From: Patescibacteria group bacterium
GTDB lineage: Bacteria; Patescibacteriota; Patescibacteriia; UBA9934
Direction of reading: 5' to 3'
NCBI GenBank assembly: GCA_041659765.1
Contig: JBAZXR010000001.1
Span: 723,338 to 787,337 of the forward strand
Length of the DNA stretch: 64,000 bases
Shown: positions 48,719-57,881 of the stretch, piece by piece
Position numbering within the stretch: position 1 is the stretch's first letter
How the letters are laid out: each line of letters begins with the position of its first letter
Notes under the pieces: model-generated
Told to the model about the DNA's origin: nothing
Database searches by the model: none
Seen by the model: only the letters and a program-made list of their open reading frames with translations
Position numbers and translations under genes: made by a program

Positions 48719-49450
48719 ATGCCTACCCCATCAAGAACCCCGGTACTCGTGCTCTCGCTCATCTTCACGATATTGTGCTTGTCCATGGCCGCTATTGCGC
48801 TCATCATTTACTTCAACGCCAACCGCCCAGACTCCGCCGCTATTGCCGCAGCCTGTAAGAGCGAGGTGGGCGCCGCAATCAAGACGGAATCTGACAAAGT
48901 AGCTAAGGCGTGTGAAGAAAAAGAAGCTGTGACTGTCTCTAAAACGGTGGATGGCAATGCCAATCATCCCGGCTTTAAGTACCCAGAAAATATTCAGGTA
49001 ACGGGCGAGATTCAACGCGAAATAAGTGGAAATCGTTTTTCTATTGGCATGTATCCAAACGCTCCAATCTTTGAATGCTCGGAATGTGACGGAGGGCCAA
49101 CGGCCGCAATTCGTATCCAAAAGACACCAACGGCTCTCCTCCTAAAGACTGGCGAGACACTTACTACGCATATTCTCTCGATATACCCAGCTAGCGGAAC
49201 CTTCTATCGAAACATTGCCACTAAACAGGAAACGATCAATGGACAGGTTGCAACGGTAGTAACGGCTGAGTATGACGACGACTTCTTTAGCGAGAAGAAC
49301 GTGAAGATTGAACATATTTTCGTACAAAAAGGAGCCAGCACTGTTGAAGTTAAATACGTGCAGTACCAAAATACGAGGTTCGTAGACTACATCGCGCCCA
49401 GCGTTTGGCAGACCGTCCGTGCATCACTCGACTTCTCAAAAATTGAATAG
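48719..49450 (+). CDS. Hypothetical membrane-anchored extracellular protein
   Basis: N-terminal TM, an AIAAACKSEVGAAIK segment, then a 190-aa domain. Confidence 0.45.
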   Translation: MPTPSRTPVLVLSLIFTILCLSMAAIALIIYFNANRPDSAAIAAACKSEVGAAIKTESDKVAKACEEKEAVTVSKTVDGNANHPGFKYPENIQVTGEIQREISGNRFSIGMYPNAPIFECSECDGGPTAAIRIQKTPTALLLKTGETLTTHILSIYPASGTFYRNIATKQETINGQVATVVTAEYDDDFFSEKNVKIEHIFVQKGASTVEVKYVQYQNTRFVDYIAPSVWQTVRASLDFSKIE

Positions 49451-49453
49451 TTT

Positions 49454-50443
49454 ATGACCAAAATCTTCGTGACGCGTGATATTCCGGATGAAGGCTTGAA
49501 AATGTTACGCGCGAGGGCGGACATTGAGGTCAAAGTATACGAGGAAAACAAAAATATCCCGGTTGGCGTTCTTAAAGCGAACGTAAAAGGCGTCGACATC
49601 ATCCTTGCGCTCCTAACCGATAAGATCGATGACTCTGTCATGCGCGCCGCGGGTAAACAGCTCAAAATGATTGCTAATTACGCGGTTGGGTTCGATAATA
49701 TTGACCTTGAAGCTGCCAAGAAGCGCGGGATCATGGTCACGAACGCTCGTGCACCGGAAGTTTCAGAAACGGTGGCCGAGCATACCATCGCGCTCATCTT
49801 TGCCCTCGCCCATAGGATTGTCGAAACCGATGATTTTACGCGCGCCGGTAAATACAAAGGCTGGGGACCAAAGATGTTCCTAGGGGTAGACATTGCCGGC
49901 AAGACGCTCGGCATTATTGGCGGCGGAGCTATTGGTGAAGCACTCGCCAAGCGGATGCACAGCGGATTCGGGGTAAAAATCATCTATAACGACATCAAGC
50001 CAAACGAAAAATTCGAAAAAGAATTTGGCGCGACATTCATGGAGAAAGACGAGCTCCTGAAACATGCAGATTTTGTCTCGCTCCACGTTCCTCTGCTCCC
50101 ATCGACCCGTCATTTGATCGGCGAGCGGGAGCTGAAGCTCATGAAGAAGACCGCCTACTTGCTTAATACCTCGCGAGGTCCCATTGTCGACGAGAAAGCA
50201 CTCACCGTCGCCCTGGCACATGGCGATATTGCAGGAGCAGGACTGGACGTTTACGAATGTGAACCGTTAATCGACTGCGATCCGACCGATACCTACGAAC
50301 TCCGCAAACTTCCGAATGTTGTCCTCACGCCGCACACAGCGAGCGCGAGTATCGAGGCCCGCCAGGCCATGAGCCGGGCCGCCGCAGAGAACATTCTCGC
50401 ATTCCTGGACGGAAAAACCCCACCGAACGCCGTAAAGGGATAA
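49454..50443 (+). CDS. D-isomer-specific 2-hydroxyacid dehydrogenase (glyoxylate/hydroxypyruvate reductase-like)
   Basis: GIIGGGAIG Rossmann motif and the catalytic R/E/H context (TSRG...PHTAS). Confidence 0.85.
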   Translation: MTKIFVTRDIPDEGLKMLRARADIEVKVYEENKNIPVGVLKANVKGVDIILALLTDKIDDSVMRAAGKQLKMIANYAVGFDNIDLEAAKKRGIMVTNARAPEVSETVAEHTIALIFALAHRIVETDDFTRAGKYKGWGPKMFLGVDIAGKTLGIIGGGAIGEALAKRMHSGFGVKIIYNDIKPNEKFEKEFGATFMEKDELLKHADFVSLHVPLLPSTRHLIGERELKLMKKTAYLLNTSRGPIVDEKALTVALAHGDIAGAGLDVYECEPLIDCDPTDTYELRKLPNVVLTPHTASASIEARQAMSRAAAENILAFLDGKTPPNAVKG

Positions 50444-50446
50444 AAA

Positions 50447-50474
50447 GAAGCCGCCGAAAAGGCGGTTTTTCTTT
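50447..50474 (+). terminator. Intrinsic terminator
   Basis: aagccgcc-gaaaa-ggcggttttt. Confidence 0.8.
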
Positions 50475-50562
50475 CGGTGGATAACCCGGGGATATCCTTT
50501 TTCCCCTGATGCACCGAGTGCCGTAGCATAGTGGTGGTATTCACTCTTTTCAGAGGTGACTC

Positions 50563-51474
50563 GTGGACATTCAAGGACTGACCAATTTTGGTACCAAGCA
50601 GGGATACGAACTTCTTCGCACACAAGGTGGCCTGACCAGCTGCCGGCTCGAGTGCCGAGATGATGCAGAGAAGGTGGCGGATGGACTCAAACGTCTCATC
50701 ATCGCCCCACCGGAAGAACAGCGCAGATGGCGTTGGGACACGCCGGAGGATATTCCGCGGAGTATCCCAGAGGAACGCCGCCAGGAACTCATCGAGGTCA
50801 TGTTCCATCAGGGACAGTGCGATCTCGGACTCATGCGCCGTGAAAATGAAGTGAACAAGGAGACCGGTGAACCGCAGGATCCCAAGTGGCTCTTCCACTA
50901 CAAAGTGCAGCTGCACGAAGTGCTCGCGGCCAGCGGCGCAAACATGGAGGAGTATGGCGAGCTTCTTCACGCCGCGGACAGGCTCCTCACAAAGGGGCGC
51001 GCGCTCTGGGACCTGGCCATGGATACGTTCGAGATTCTGCACCCGAATTCGGCCATGGTGCTCCGCTGCGCGCTCTATGACCCGCCGTCAGCTCCAAGCA
51101 AGGTCGGGGCGCAGTGCCACTGGGACCGCAACGACGGCACGATTCACTTCGCGGACAGCAAGGCCGGTCTTCTCGTGCCAAAGAAGGAGGACTACCAAGT
51201 CAATGAACCGCAGATGACGGTTCTCGGCCGCGCGTCAGATGATCTCGTCTACCTATTCGTATCCGCCAAGCTGGCCTACCTGGACCCCCAACGGTTCAAT
51301 CCCGTATGGCATGGCGGCATGAACGCGGACGTGGGAGAAAGCCGCTGGGCGATCATCGGCTTCTACCACTTGAACGAACATTCGTACCTTCCGCCGGAAT
51401 TCCGCGGCAAAACTAGGGATCCCGTCTGCAAGTGGATCCGTGAAGCAAGCCGCGTTCCCGTCTCGTCGCGTTAG
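50563..51474 (+). CDS. Hypothetical protein, possible 2OG-Fe(II)-oxygenase-like fold (GC-rich segment)
   Basis: HWDRND (HxD) followed later by VWHGG. High GC3. Followed by a bidirectional terminator. Confidence 0.4.
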   Translation: MDIQGLTNFGTKQGYELLRTQGGLTSCRLECRDDAEKVADGLKRLIIAPPEEQRRWRWDTPEDIPRSIPEERRQELIEVMFHQGQCDLGLMRRENEVNKETGEPQDPKWLFHYKVQLHEVLAASGANMEEYGELLHAADRLLTKGRALWDLAMDTFEILHPNSAMVLRCALYDPPSAPSKVGAQCHWDRNDGTIHFADSKAGLLVPKKEDYQVNEPQMTVLGRASDDLVYLFVSAKLAYLDPQRFNPVWHGGMNADVGESRWAIIGFYHLNEHSYLPPEFRGKTRDPVCKWIREASRVPVSSR

Positions 51475-51484
51475 CACGAACGCA

Positions 51485-51528
51485 AAAATCCCCGCCCGCG
51501 GTACGCCGCTGACGGGGATGCTCTTTTA
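51485..51528. terminator. Bidirectional intrinsic terminator
   Basis: atccccg...cggggat stem with T-runs on both strands. Confidence 0.55.
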
Positions 51529-51535
51529 AAGACGT

Positions 51536-51970
51536 TCACTCCTTCACGGGAGCCGGAACATCTGAATGCACGACTTCTGGTTCGGGAAGTCTCCGCAGGC
51601 GCCGGTAGAGGCGCTGAGCGCAAGCCCCGATGCGGGATGCGATGGCTTTGGCGTGGGCAACCCACTCCACCTTCTGCGCCCGACGCACGAGCTCGAGTGC
51701 CGCCAAGAGGCCTGCGCCGTCGATGATCGCTCCGTCGATGAAGACAAGCGGCACGTCGACCAGCTTAACCAGATACACGAGGCCCGGAACGGACTCGGCG
51801 GCATCCTGCGCGAGTGTAAGTGTGGTAGAGGCCACGAGCATGAGGGCGAGCGCCCAAGTGGGCATCCCCTGCACCGCAGAGAAGATCCAGCTGGCAATGC
51901 CGGCCTTGATCTCTGTAACGGCTTCCTTCAGCTCTTCTTTCTTATCCTTGATTTCGTCTTGCATAAGCAT
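51536..51970 (-). CDS. Hypothetical membrane protein
   Basis: 144 aa with TM helices in the central region. Confidence 0.4.
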   Translation of the reverse strand: MLMQDEIKDKKEELKEAVTEIKAGIASWIFSAVQGMPTWALALMLVASTTLTLAQDAAESVPGLVYLVKLVDVPLVFIDGAIIDGAGLLAALELVRRAQKVEWVAHAKAIASRIGACAQRLYRRLRRLPEPEVVHSDVPAPVKE

Positions 51971-52076
51971 CCTCCTCTAGGGTTTCTCAGACCTTGTAGT
52001 ATAGCAGAAAAATGGCAAAAAGTCAATGAAATTAGCGTTAAAATACAAAAAAACACCCATATTCTGGATGTTTGTT

Positions 52077-52152
52077 TGGTGGACTGACGGGGACTCGAAC
52101 CCCGGACCCTCTGCTTGCAAAGCAGATGCTCTACCAACTGAGCTATCAGCCC
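52077..52152 (-). tRNA. tRNA-Ala (anticodon UGC)
   Basis: GGGCTGA acceptor with G3:U70. Anticodon loop TTTGCAA. TTCGAGT T-loop. CCA encoded. Confidence 0.9.
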
Positions 52153-52208
52153 AAATACTCAAAAGCTAGGAAAGGATACTTAAAAGCGATAAATTGTGCA
52201 ACTTCCAA

Positions 52209-52778
52209 TTACTCCTCCCTAGCAAACCCCCAACCGTTCCATTTCCACACTCCTTTCGCCCTAGGAATACAGTTCGGCGCGTCAGCGTAATCCCCTTCGA
52301 CCGTCAGCAATTCGTTCTGCCCGTCGACATTGATATCCCTAACCTCGAAGGAACAATTGGGAGCCTCCAGGTTCGACGATTGCCAAATAGCCCTCATCTC
52401 GCCATTGACCAGATCAAAGACAAAAAAGTGATTCTTAACACTCATGTCATTTTCTTCTATCCAAAAAGGTTTCGAAGAACCGAAGTTTCCCGCTTTCCAA
52501 ACCGACAAACTTAGATCTGATGTCCCGTCATTGGTAACATCGGCGAGTGAAAAGTCGGTTACGCGCCACGCAGAATCAGACTGCCAAATCAACTTGTTCC
52601 GCACTCGAACATCGACGACCCCCTTATTAAGGGTGTATGTCTCACTTAAACTGTTACCGTCCAGGTCGGCGCTGGCGCCTCGACCACTAACAAAAACAAT
52701 CACCCCCGCGGCACCGATTGCCACCGCGAGGATGAGTCCAACTGTCATTATTCGGCTGAAGTGAAATCTTTTGTCCAT
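52209..52778 (-). CDS. Hypothetical membrane-anchored secreted protein
   Basis: TM anchor and a beta-rich extracellular domain. Overlaps the upstream gene, suggesting an operon. Confidence 0.45.
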   Translation of the reverse strand: MDKRFHFSRIMTVGLILAVAIGAAGVIVFVSGRGASADLDGNSLSETYTLNKGVVDVRVRNKLIWQSDSAWRVTDFSLADVTNDGTSDLSLSVWKAGNFGSSKPFWIEENDMSVKNHFFVFDLVNGEMRAIWQSSNLEAPNCSFEVRDINVDGQNELLTVEGDYADAPNCIPRAKGVWKWNGWGFAREE

Positions 52779-54922
52779 GCTGGCTGAGGAGGAGCGTCTT
52801 GCGAGTTAATGAGATCGCGCCACTTTTCATCCGTTAGTCGGTCGCTCAAAGGCCACGGGAACTCATAGTATGAGAAGACACCGCCTTTGACTATCTTTTT
52901 AACGCCCTCAATTGTCATCACTACCAGGAGCTTAGACACGTGTCCGTTCCCAACCTCCAACACCTGGCCGTTTGGATCCGTGGCCACGTCAGCAATTACG
53001 GCAGCCGGGTTTTGGCTTAAGTAATTTCGTACTTCGTTATTCATTTCTGCCAACTTTTCCTTATTAATATCTAGCCAGAAATGCTCCAATTGCCCACCAT
53101 AAGTCCTAATAAGCTCGTAGTCAGCTTCGGTCAGCTTCTCGCCGTTTAATTCTTTGTTGGAAATCTCTTCGAGCATGGTGGCCAACGTCATCATCTTGGC
53201 CAAGTTGTCCTTTGAGGTAGAGTCGATAATACCGCGAGCCGACAAACCGTCAGAGGTCTTCTTGAGAAGTGAAGCTAGCTTGGCGTAAACCTCTGGGTAT
53301 GGCTCTACGTAGCCGCGATCATCCTTAACCACTATCTCTGGCCCACCGCCCATCTCCGAGTAAACCTGTTTAGCGTAAAGAATGGTGTCGTGCTTGAGCT
53401 CGGCCCAGCTGCCAAGGAACGCGCCGAGTGACTTACGCGTCCAGGCGTCCGTCTTCATGAAGGCCGGTAGCTTGGAGTTCGAGGAGCCGACCGCCAATAA
53501 TGGTCGAAGCGTATCAATCCAGCTCCAATAAAGGTTCTGAGTCCAGGTAGCGTTGTCGAGTCCGCCTAGGTATGTTCGGAGCTTATCCATGTTTTCTGTG
53601 TAGTGCTCCATCTTGGTATCGCCATTAGCCTCAAGGATGCTCAAGGCTTCTGCCGAGCCAAGCGCGGCTGGGATGTCTAGTCCATTCGGCAACATGCGTC
53701 CCGTAACTTCCCTATCGACCAACCGCTGGAAGATAGAGGCGTCGACGGTGAATCGCTGACCCATAAAACGGAAACCCTTCGTGGCCAAAGTTCGGTCTGG
53801 CGTGATCGACGAGTTAAAGATGGGAATTGAGTTCAGTTGAGGTGGGCGAAGGTCTTTCAGAGCTTCTTTGAGTGCAGTGAACCCAGTCGTGTTCGATGAA
53901 ATAGCGGACAGCGAAGCGCCCTTACCGTAGGCTTTTTCTACTGCCCCGATCATCTCCGTATAAGTAATGTCATCACTCTGGCCCACGAAGAAGACGGTTG
54001 GCTCATAAATCTTCTGCCAAGAAGCAGAATTATTCGCTTTTTGCAGAGCCAGCGTGGTCAAAACCGCCGAGCGGACTTCGTCATCATTCATGAACCGGAA
54101 ATTCATCCGGCCGTACCACATCATGGCCTTAAAATAGGCGGTAAGCTCGGGGCTCTTCGTGTAATGTCCACGGGCAATGTACTGGGAATAGTCCTCTCGT
54201 GACTTATCTATAGAAGGAGTGCTGGCGGGCACGCCCATATTCATCATGGGCGACTCCGCAATACCGTCATGCGCGTTGATTAACGCTAACTCTGCCTCCA
54301 CTTCCGTTTTCACACTCGCCGGAATGGACGACGAACCATCGAGCAAGCGGGCGCCGACCGTAAAGAAGGTTAGATTTCGTCGGGCTGAGTTTTCGAAAGA
54401 AGTTCCTTTAAGAGTAGCGAGGTTAGTCGTCGCTTCCTTTAGCATCGAGGCAGTCAGCGCTTTTACTTCGGCCAGTAAATACTTTTCTTCGGTCTTTTTT
54501 AGGAGATCGTCGAAAATTAAATGATAGTTATGCAAAAGTGAATCCGTGGTGACGAAACTGGGAGTATAGGAGTACCGATTAGCCTCATATAACGAAAAGA
54601 ATTCATCCTCGTAAGACGAGGCATCAACCACGAAGCCATTCTTGGCCAGAAGTGCGAGCGCGCTATCCGACAGAGTAAAGTCGCCTAAATTAGTGACATC
54701 AGCCAAAGCTTTCAAATCAGCTTCTCGGGTAGATGGGACTTCTGAAACAACGGGAACCTCCGCCACCTCGGCAATAGGCGTCGAGGGAGTAGGTTTGGTA
54801 CCTGGTGTTAACAGGATGAGACTGACAATTAGACCAACGGTTGTTGCCCCGAGCAGACTGAGCAAAATATACAACCGTTTGTGACTCGGCTTAGGCACTG
54901 TTTCCTCTGGTAATTGTGGCAT
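52748..54922 (-). CDS. Large membrane-anchored extracellular protein of unknown function (possibly DUF3160-like)
   Basis: 724 aa with an N-terminal TM. No catalytic motif recognised. The family assignment is uncertain. Confidence 0.4.
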   Translation of the reverse strand: MPQLPEETVPKPSHKRLYILLSLLGATTVGLIVSLILLTPGTKPTPSTPIAEVAEVPVVSEVPSTREADLKALADVTNLGDFTLSDSALALLAKNGFVVDASSYEDEFFSLYEANRYSYTPSFVTTDSLLHNYHLIFDDLLKKTEEKYLLAEVKALTASMLKEATTNLATLKGTSFENSARRNLTFFTVGARLLDGSSSIPASVKTEVEAELALINAHDGIAESPMMNMGVPASTPSIDKSREDYSQYIARGHYTKSPELTAYFKAMMWYGRMNFRFMNDDEVRSAVLTTLALQKANNSASWQKIYEPTVFFVGQSDDITYTEMIGAVEKAYGKGASLSAISSNTTGFTALKEALKDLRPPQLNSIPIFNSSITPDRTLATKGFRFMGQRFTVDASIFQRLVDREVTGRMLPNGLDIPAALGSAEALSILEANGDTKMEHYTENMDKLRTYLGGLDNATWTQNLYWSWIDTLRPLLAVGSSNSKLPAFMKTDAWTRKSLGAFLGSWAELKHDTILYAKQVYSEMGGGPEIVVKDDRGYVEPYPEVYAKLASLLKKTSDGLSARGIIDSTSKDNLAKMMTLATMLEEISNKELNGEKLTEADYELIRTYGGQLEHFWLDINKEKLAEMNNEVRNYLSQNPAAVIADVATDPNGQVLEVGNGHVSKLLVVMTIEGVKKIVKGGVFSYYEFPWPLSDRLTDEKWRDLINSQDAPPQPAWTKDFTSAE

Positions 54923-54961
54923 ATTTTTTGAATACTGTATGATGCCGAGTATAACACTCTT

Positions 54962-56344
54962 ATGAAATCCACCGTTTTAGCCTTGGCTGGAATTAGCCTT
55001 CTTTTTTCCCCGCTCTCGGCTTTCGCTGCACACGGGAAAGCACCGAAAGTTACGCCTCCCCCAGCGGCGACCGAGTTAAAAATTTTCTCGCCCAGCGGAG
55101 ATCTAGTCACATCTTTTCTGCCCTTTGATAAGGCTGGAAATCTGGCTGGTAGCGTAGCGGTAGGCGATCTCGGTACTGATAAAATCAGCGAGATTATCGT
55201 TGGTGCTGGCGCAGGCAACAAGCCGCTTATTAGAACATTTCGGCTTGACGGCACGCTGATCAAAGAGTTTTCGGCTTATGGAAACGGGATGAAAAGCGGC
55301 GTAAATGCGGCCCTTTGTGATCTAAATGGCGACGGCCTAAACGACATCGTCACCGGCGCTTCTGTTGGCGGCGGCCCTCAGGTTCGAGTGTTCTCGTCTG
55401 AAGGTAAATTCATGGATCTTCAGTTCTTTGCCTATGATGAAAAGTTCCGTGGCGGAGTAAACATCGCTTGTGCTGACGTGGACGCGGACGGCAAGGCCGA
55501 CATTCTGACCGGCGCCGGTCCAGGAGGCGAAAAAACGATTAAAGTTTTTAGTTCAACTGGCACGTTAAAAAATACTATAACGGTCAGCAGTGGTCCGGAA
55601 AAATCCGGCACATACGTTTTTACCGCCAACCTCGACCAAGATGCAGAAAGCGAAATTGTGACGGCTCCGATGGCCAACGGGACGTTCGATTTGACCCTCG
55701 TCGACCTTACACCAGCCGGCTATATACAGAATGTTAAATCACTCAGCCAGACCTCGCCCAGTTACGGGCTCTCCATCACGGCAGACAAGCGGACGCTCAT
55801 TTACGTAAACGGTGCTTACTCGGCCAAGACGCAAGTTTCTAATCTCTTGAATGGGGCTACTTTTGTCCCCTTCGCCGACGCTACCGAGATTGCCCCGCGC
55901 CTCGGCGTCATTCCTGAAACCGGTAATATCGTGGCCCTAGGCGCGAAAAATGTTGTCCCACTGGATCCCGCCACCCAATCCATTAAAGTAGACATCTCCG
56001 AACAACGTCTGTACGCCTACACCAACAATGTCCTCACGAAAACTTTTCTGGTATCAACCGGAAAGCGCGGATATAACACGCCAATCGGTAAAACAACGAT
56101 CATGAAGAAGATTCCCATCATGAGCTACGTCTGGAACTACGGCCCGGGTAATCCAAACAACTACAACCTGCCCAACGTGAAGTGGAATATGCGCATTTTC
56201 CCGCATATCTACATTCACTCCGCCTACTGGCACAACAACTTCGGCCATCCTATGAGCCACGGCTGCATCAATACTTCTATTCCCGATGCCGATTGGATCT
56301 TCCACTGGGTTAGCGAAGGTACGTCAGTTGAGACGGTGCTATAA
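54962..56344 (+). CDS. L,D-transpeptidase with N-terminal FG-GAP/VCBS repeats
   Basis: Signal peptide. Repeats with DLNGDGLNDIVTG / DVDADGKADILTG. C-terminal YkuD domain with HGCIN. Confidence 0.78.
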   Translation: MKSTVLALAGISLLFSPLSAFAAHGKAPKVTPPPAATELKIFSPSGDLVTSFLPFDKAGNLAGSVAVGDLGTDKISEIIVGAGAGNKPLIRTFRLDGTLIKEFSAYGNGMKSGVNAALCDLNGDGLNDIVTGASVGGGPQVRVFSSEGKFMDLQFFAYDEKFRGGVNIACADVDADGKADILTGAGPGGEKTIKVFSSTGTLKNTITVSSGPEKSGTYVFTANLDQDAESEIVTAPMANGTFDLTLVDLTPAGYIQNVKSLSQTSPSYGLSITADKRTLIYVNGAYSAKTQVSNLLNGATFVPFADATEIAPRLGVIPETGNIVALGAKNVVPLDPATQSIKVDISEQRLYAYTNNVLTKTFLVSTGKRGYNTPIGKTTIMKKIPIMSYVWNYGPGNPNNYNLPNVKWNMRIFPHIYIHSAYWHNNFGHPMSHGCINTSIPDADWIFHWVSEGTSVETVL

Positions 56345-56349
56345 ACCAC

Positions 56350-56383
56350 AAACAAAAAATTCCCTCACGGGAATTTTTTGTTT
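56350..56383. terminator. Bidirectional intrinsic terminator
   Basis: aaaaaattccc-tcac-gggaatttttt. Confidence 0.8.
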
Positions 56384-56422
56384 GACGAGCGTCTCCTCCA
56401 TGGACACGTTCGTCTTCCGAGC

Positions 56423-56521
56423 CTAGCGGCGCTTCTTAGCGGCTGCCTTCTTAGCTGGCTTGCGCTTGGCAACAACCTTACGCTTTGCTGGCTTCTTAGC
56501 CACCTTCTTCTTAGCTGCCAT
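56423..56521 (-). CDS. Small Lys/Ala-rich basic protein (32 aa), histone-H1/HU-tail-like
   Basis: MAAKKKVAKKPAKRKVVAKRKPAKKAAAKKRR. Below the ORF-track size cutoff. Terminator immediately downstream. Confidence 0.4.
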   Translation of the reverse strand: MAAKKKVAKKPAKRKVVAKRKPAKKAAAKKRR

Positions 56522-56656
56522 ATGAAATATGGTTATGAATCTTCGGGTCAAGCAATGCTCGACTTGAGACTAGTATATCGAGCTTTGCTCATGCATGCAC
56601 ATTTATTTGCGTAACCTGTGTACAACTTGAAGCTGTAAAGTTAAAAAAATAAAATA

Positions 56657-57880
56657 TTAAAATATTTTCACTACGCCGAAGATGCCATCGTAACCCGGAG
56701 TAATAGAAAGTTTGCCGGAACGCACGCGCGCGATTGCCTCTGCAACGGTGTCACCAAATTGTGAACGGATTTCTGCAACAGGAATGTCGAGGAGAATAGA
56801 AAACTCGTTGCCAAGTTTTGTAATCATGACTTCGTAGAGCGCAATTACTTTCTTCGAGGATACGCTCGACACATTGAGACACTCGGCGAGCACTTCCGGG
56901 AGCGGAACAATGGATTTAAATGGTACATGTCCTTTCATCGAGCTGAGATCGATCGGGCGATCGGCCAAATCAGCCACACGCGAGGTAACGCCTACAGTTA
57001 TTAGCTTTCCGCACTTGGGACAAAGCCCGCCCAGACGCTTCGTTTCCTTGGGTTCAAACGTCAGTCCACAGGGTGCGTGACCGTCCACGTGGTACTTCCC
57101 TTCCTCAGGATAGAACTCGATCGTATACAAAAAGTGTACAAGATCCCGGTCACGCAAGACGCGCATGAGTTCGGCGAACGACAACATCGCTTCATCGATT
57201 TCAAAGACATTAGCTTCTCTTCCGAAGTTTTGCGGCGAGTGCGCATCAGAATTCGAGATCAAAGAAAGTTGGTCGAGTACACTTAGTGCTCGATTCATGA
57301 TGGGGTCACTGCTCAAACCGGTTTCGATCGCAAAAATTTCTTTAGACATCTCGCCGTAACAATCTTCAAGGCTGTCGAACCCGCTCTTCGAACCAAAAAC
57401 AGAAAACCACGGTGTCCATGCATGTGCGGGTGCAAGAACAATTTTATCGTCGATATTTTTTAATTCACGATACAAATCTTCGGAGTCGATGCCGATGATT
57501 GGGCGGCCGTCACTCTTGCGGTTAAACTTTTTCTCATCAAGCCACGCATTAATCTTTTTTACCGTCTCAATGTTCGGCGCAAAAATTAAATTGTGCACTC
57601 GTCTCACCTTCCCTCCCCTTTTATAAATCTGCGACACTTCGCTCGTCATCATGAAACGCATTTTCGAATGCTCTCCGCTCTTCAACTTATAGAGTCCAGG
57701 CTCTGCTTCGACAAGTTTTTCCTCGATCTCCTTAAACCAAAGTGGGTGAGTAAAATCTCCGGTTCCCAAAACGTTTACTCCTTTCTTCTCACACCACAAC
57801 GCATTGTTCTCGAGGGTAAGATCTTTCGAGCACGCGCGCGAAAAACGGGAGTGAACGTGAAGGTCGGCAATTATTCGCAT
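56657..57880 (-). CDS. PHP-domain protein, endonuclease Q-like (TIGR00375-type)
   Basis: MRIIADLHVHSRFS PHP start. C-terminal Cys4 ribbon (C..C...CPKCG). Confidence 0.5.
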   Translation of the reverse strand: MRIIADLHVHSRFSRACSKDLTLENNALWCEKKGVNVLGTGDFTHPLWFKEIEEKLVEAEPGLYKLKSGEHSKMRFMMTSEVSQIYKRGGKVRRVHNLIFAPNIETVKKINAWLDEKKFNRKSDGRPIIGIDSEDLYRELKNIDDKIVLAPAHAWTPWFSVFGSKSGFDSLEDCYGEMSKEIFAIETGLSSDPIMNRALSVLDQLSLISNSDAHSPQNFGREANVFEIDEAMLSFAELMRVLRDRDLVHFLYTIEFYPEEGKYHVDGHAPCGLTFEPKETKRLGGLCPKCGKLITVGVTSRVADLADRPIDLSSMKGHVPFKSIVPLPEVLAECLNVSSVSSKKVIALYEVMITKLGNEFSILLDIPVAEIRSQFGDTVAEAIARVRSGKLSITPGYDGIFGVVKIF

Positions 57881-57881
57881 A

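Noticed and set aside
50293-51042. ORF 50293..51042(-), 249 aa
   Set aside because: It is antisense to the GC-rich plus-strand gene, with antisense-type composition and no terminator or promoter logic.
51928-52290. ORFs 51928..52137(-), 51977..52162(-) and 52072..52290(+)
   Set aside because: They overlap the tRNA-Ala gene.
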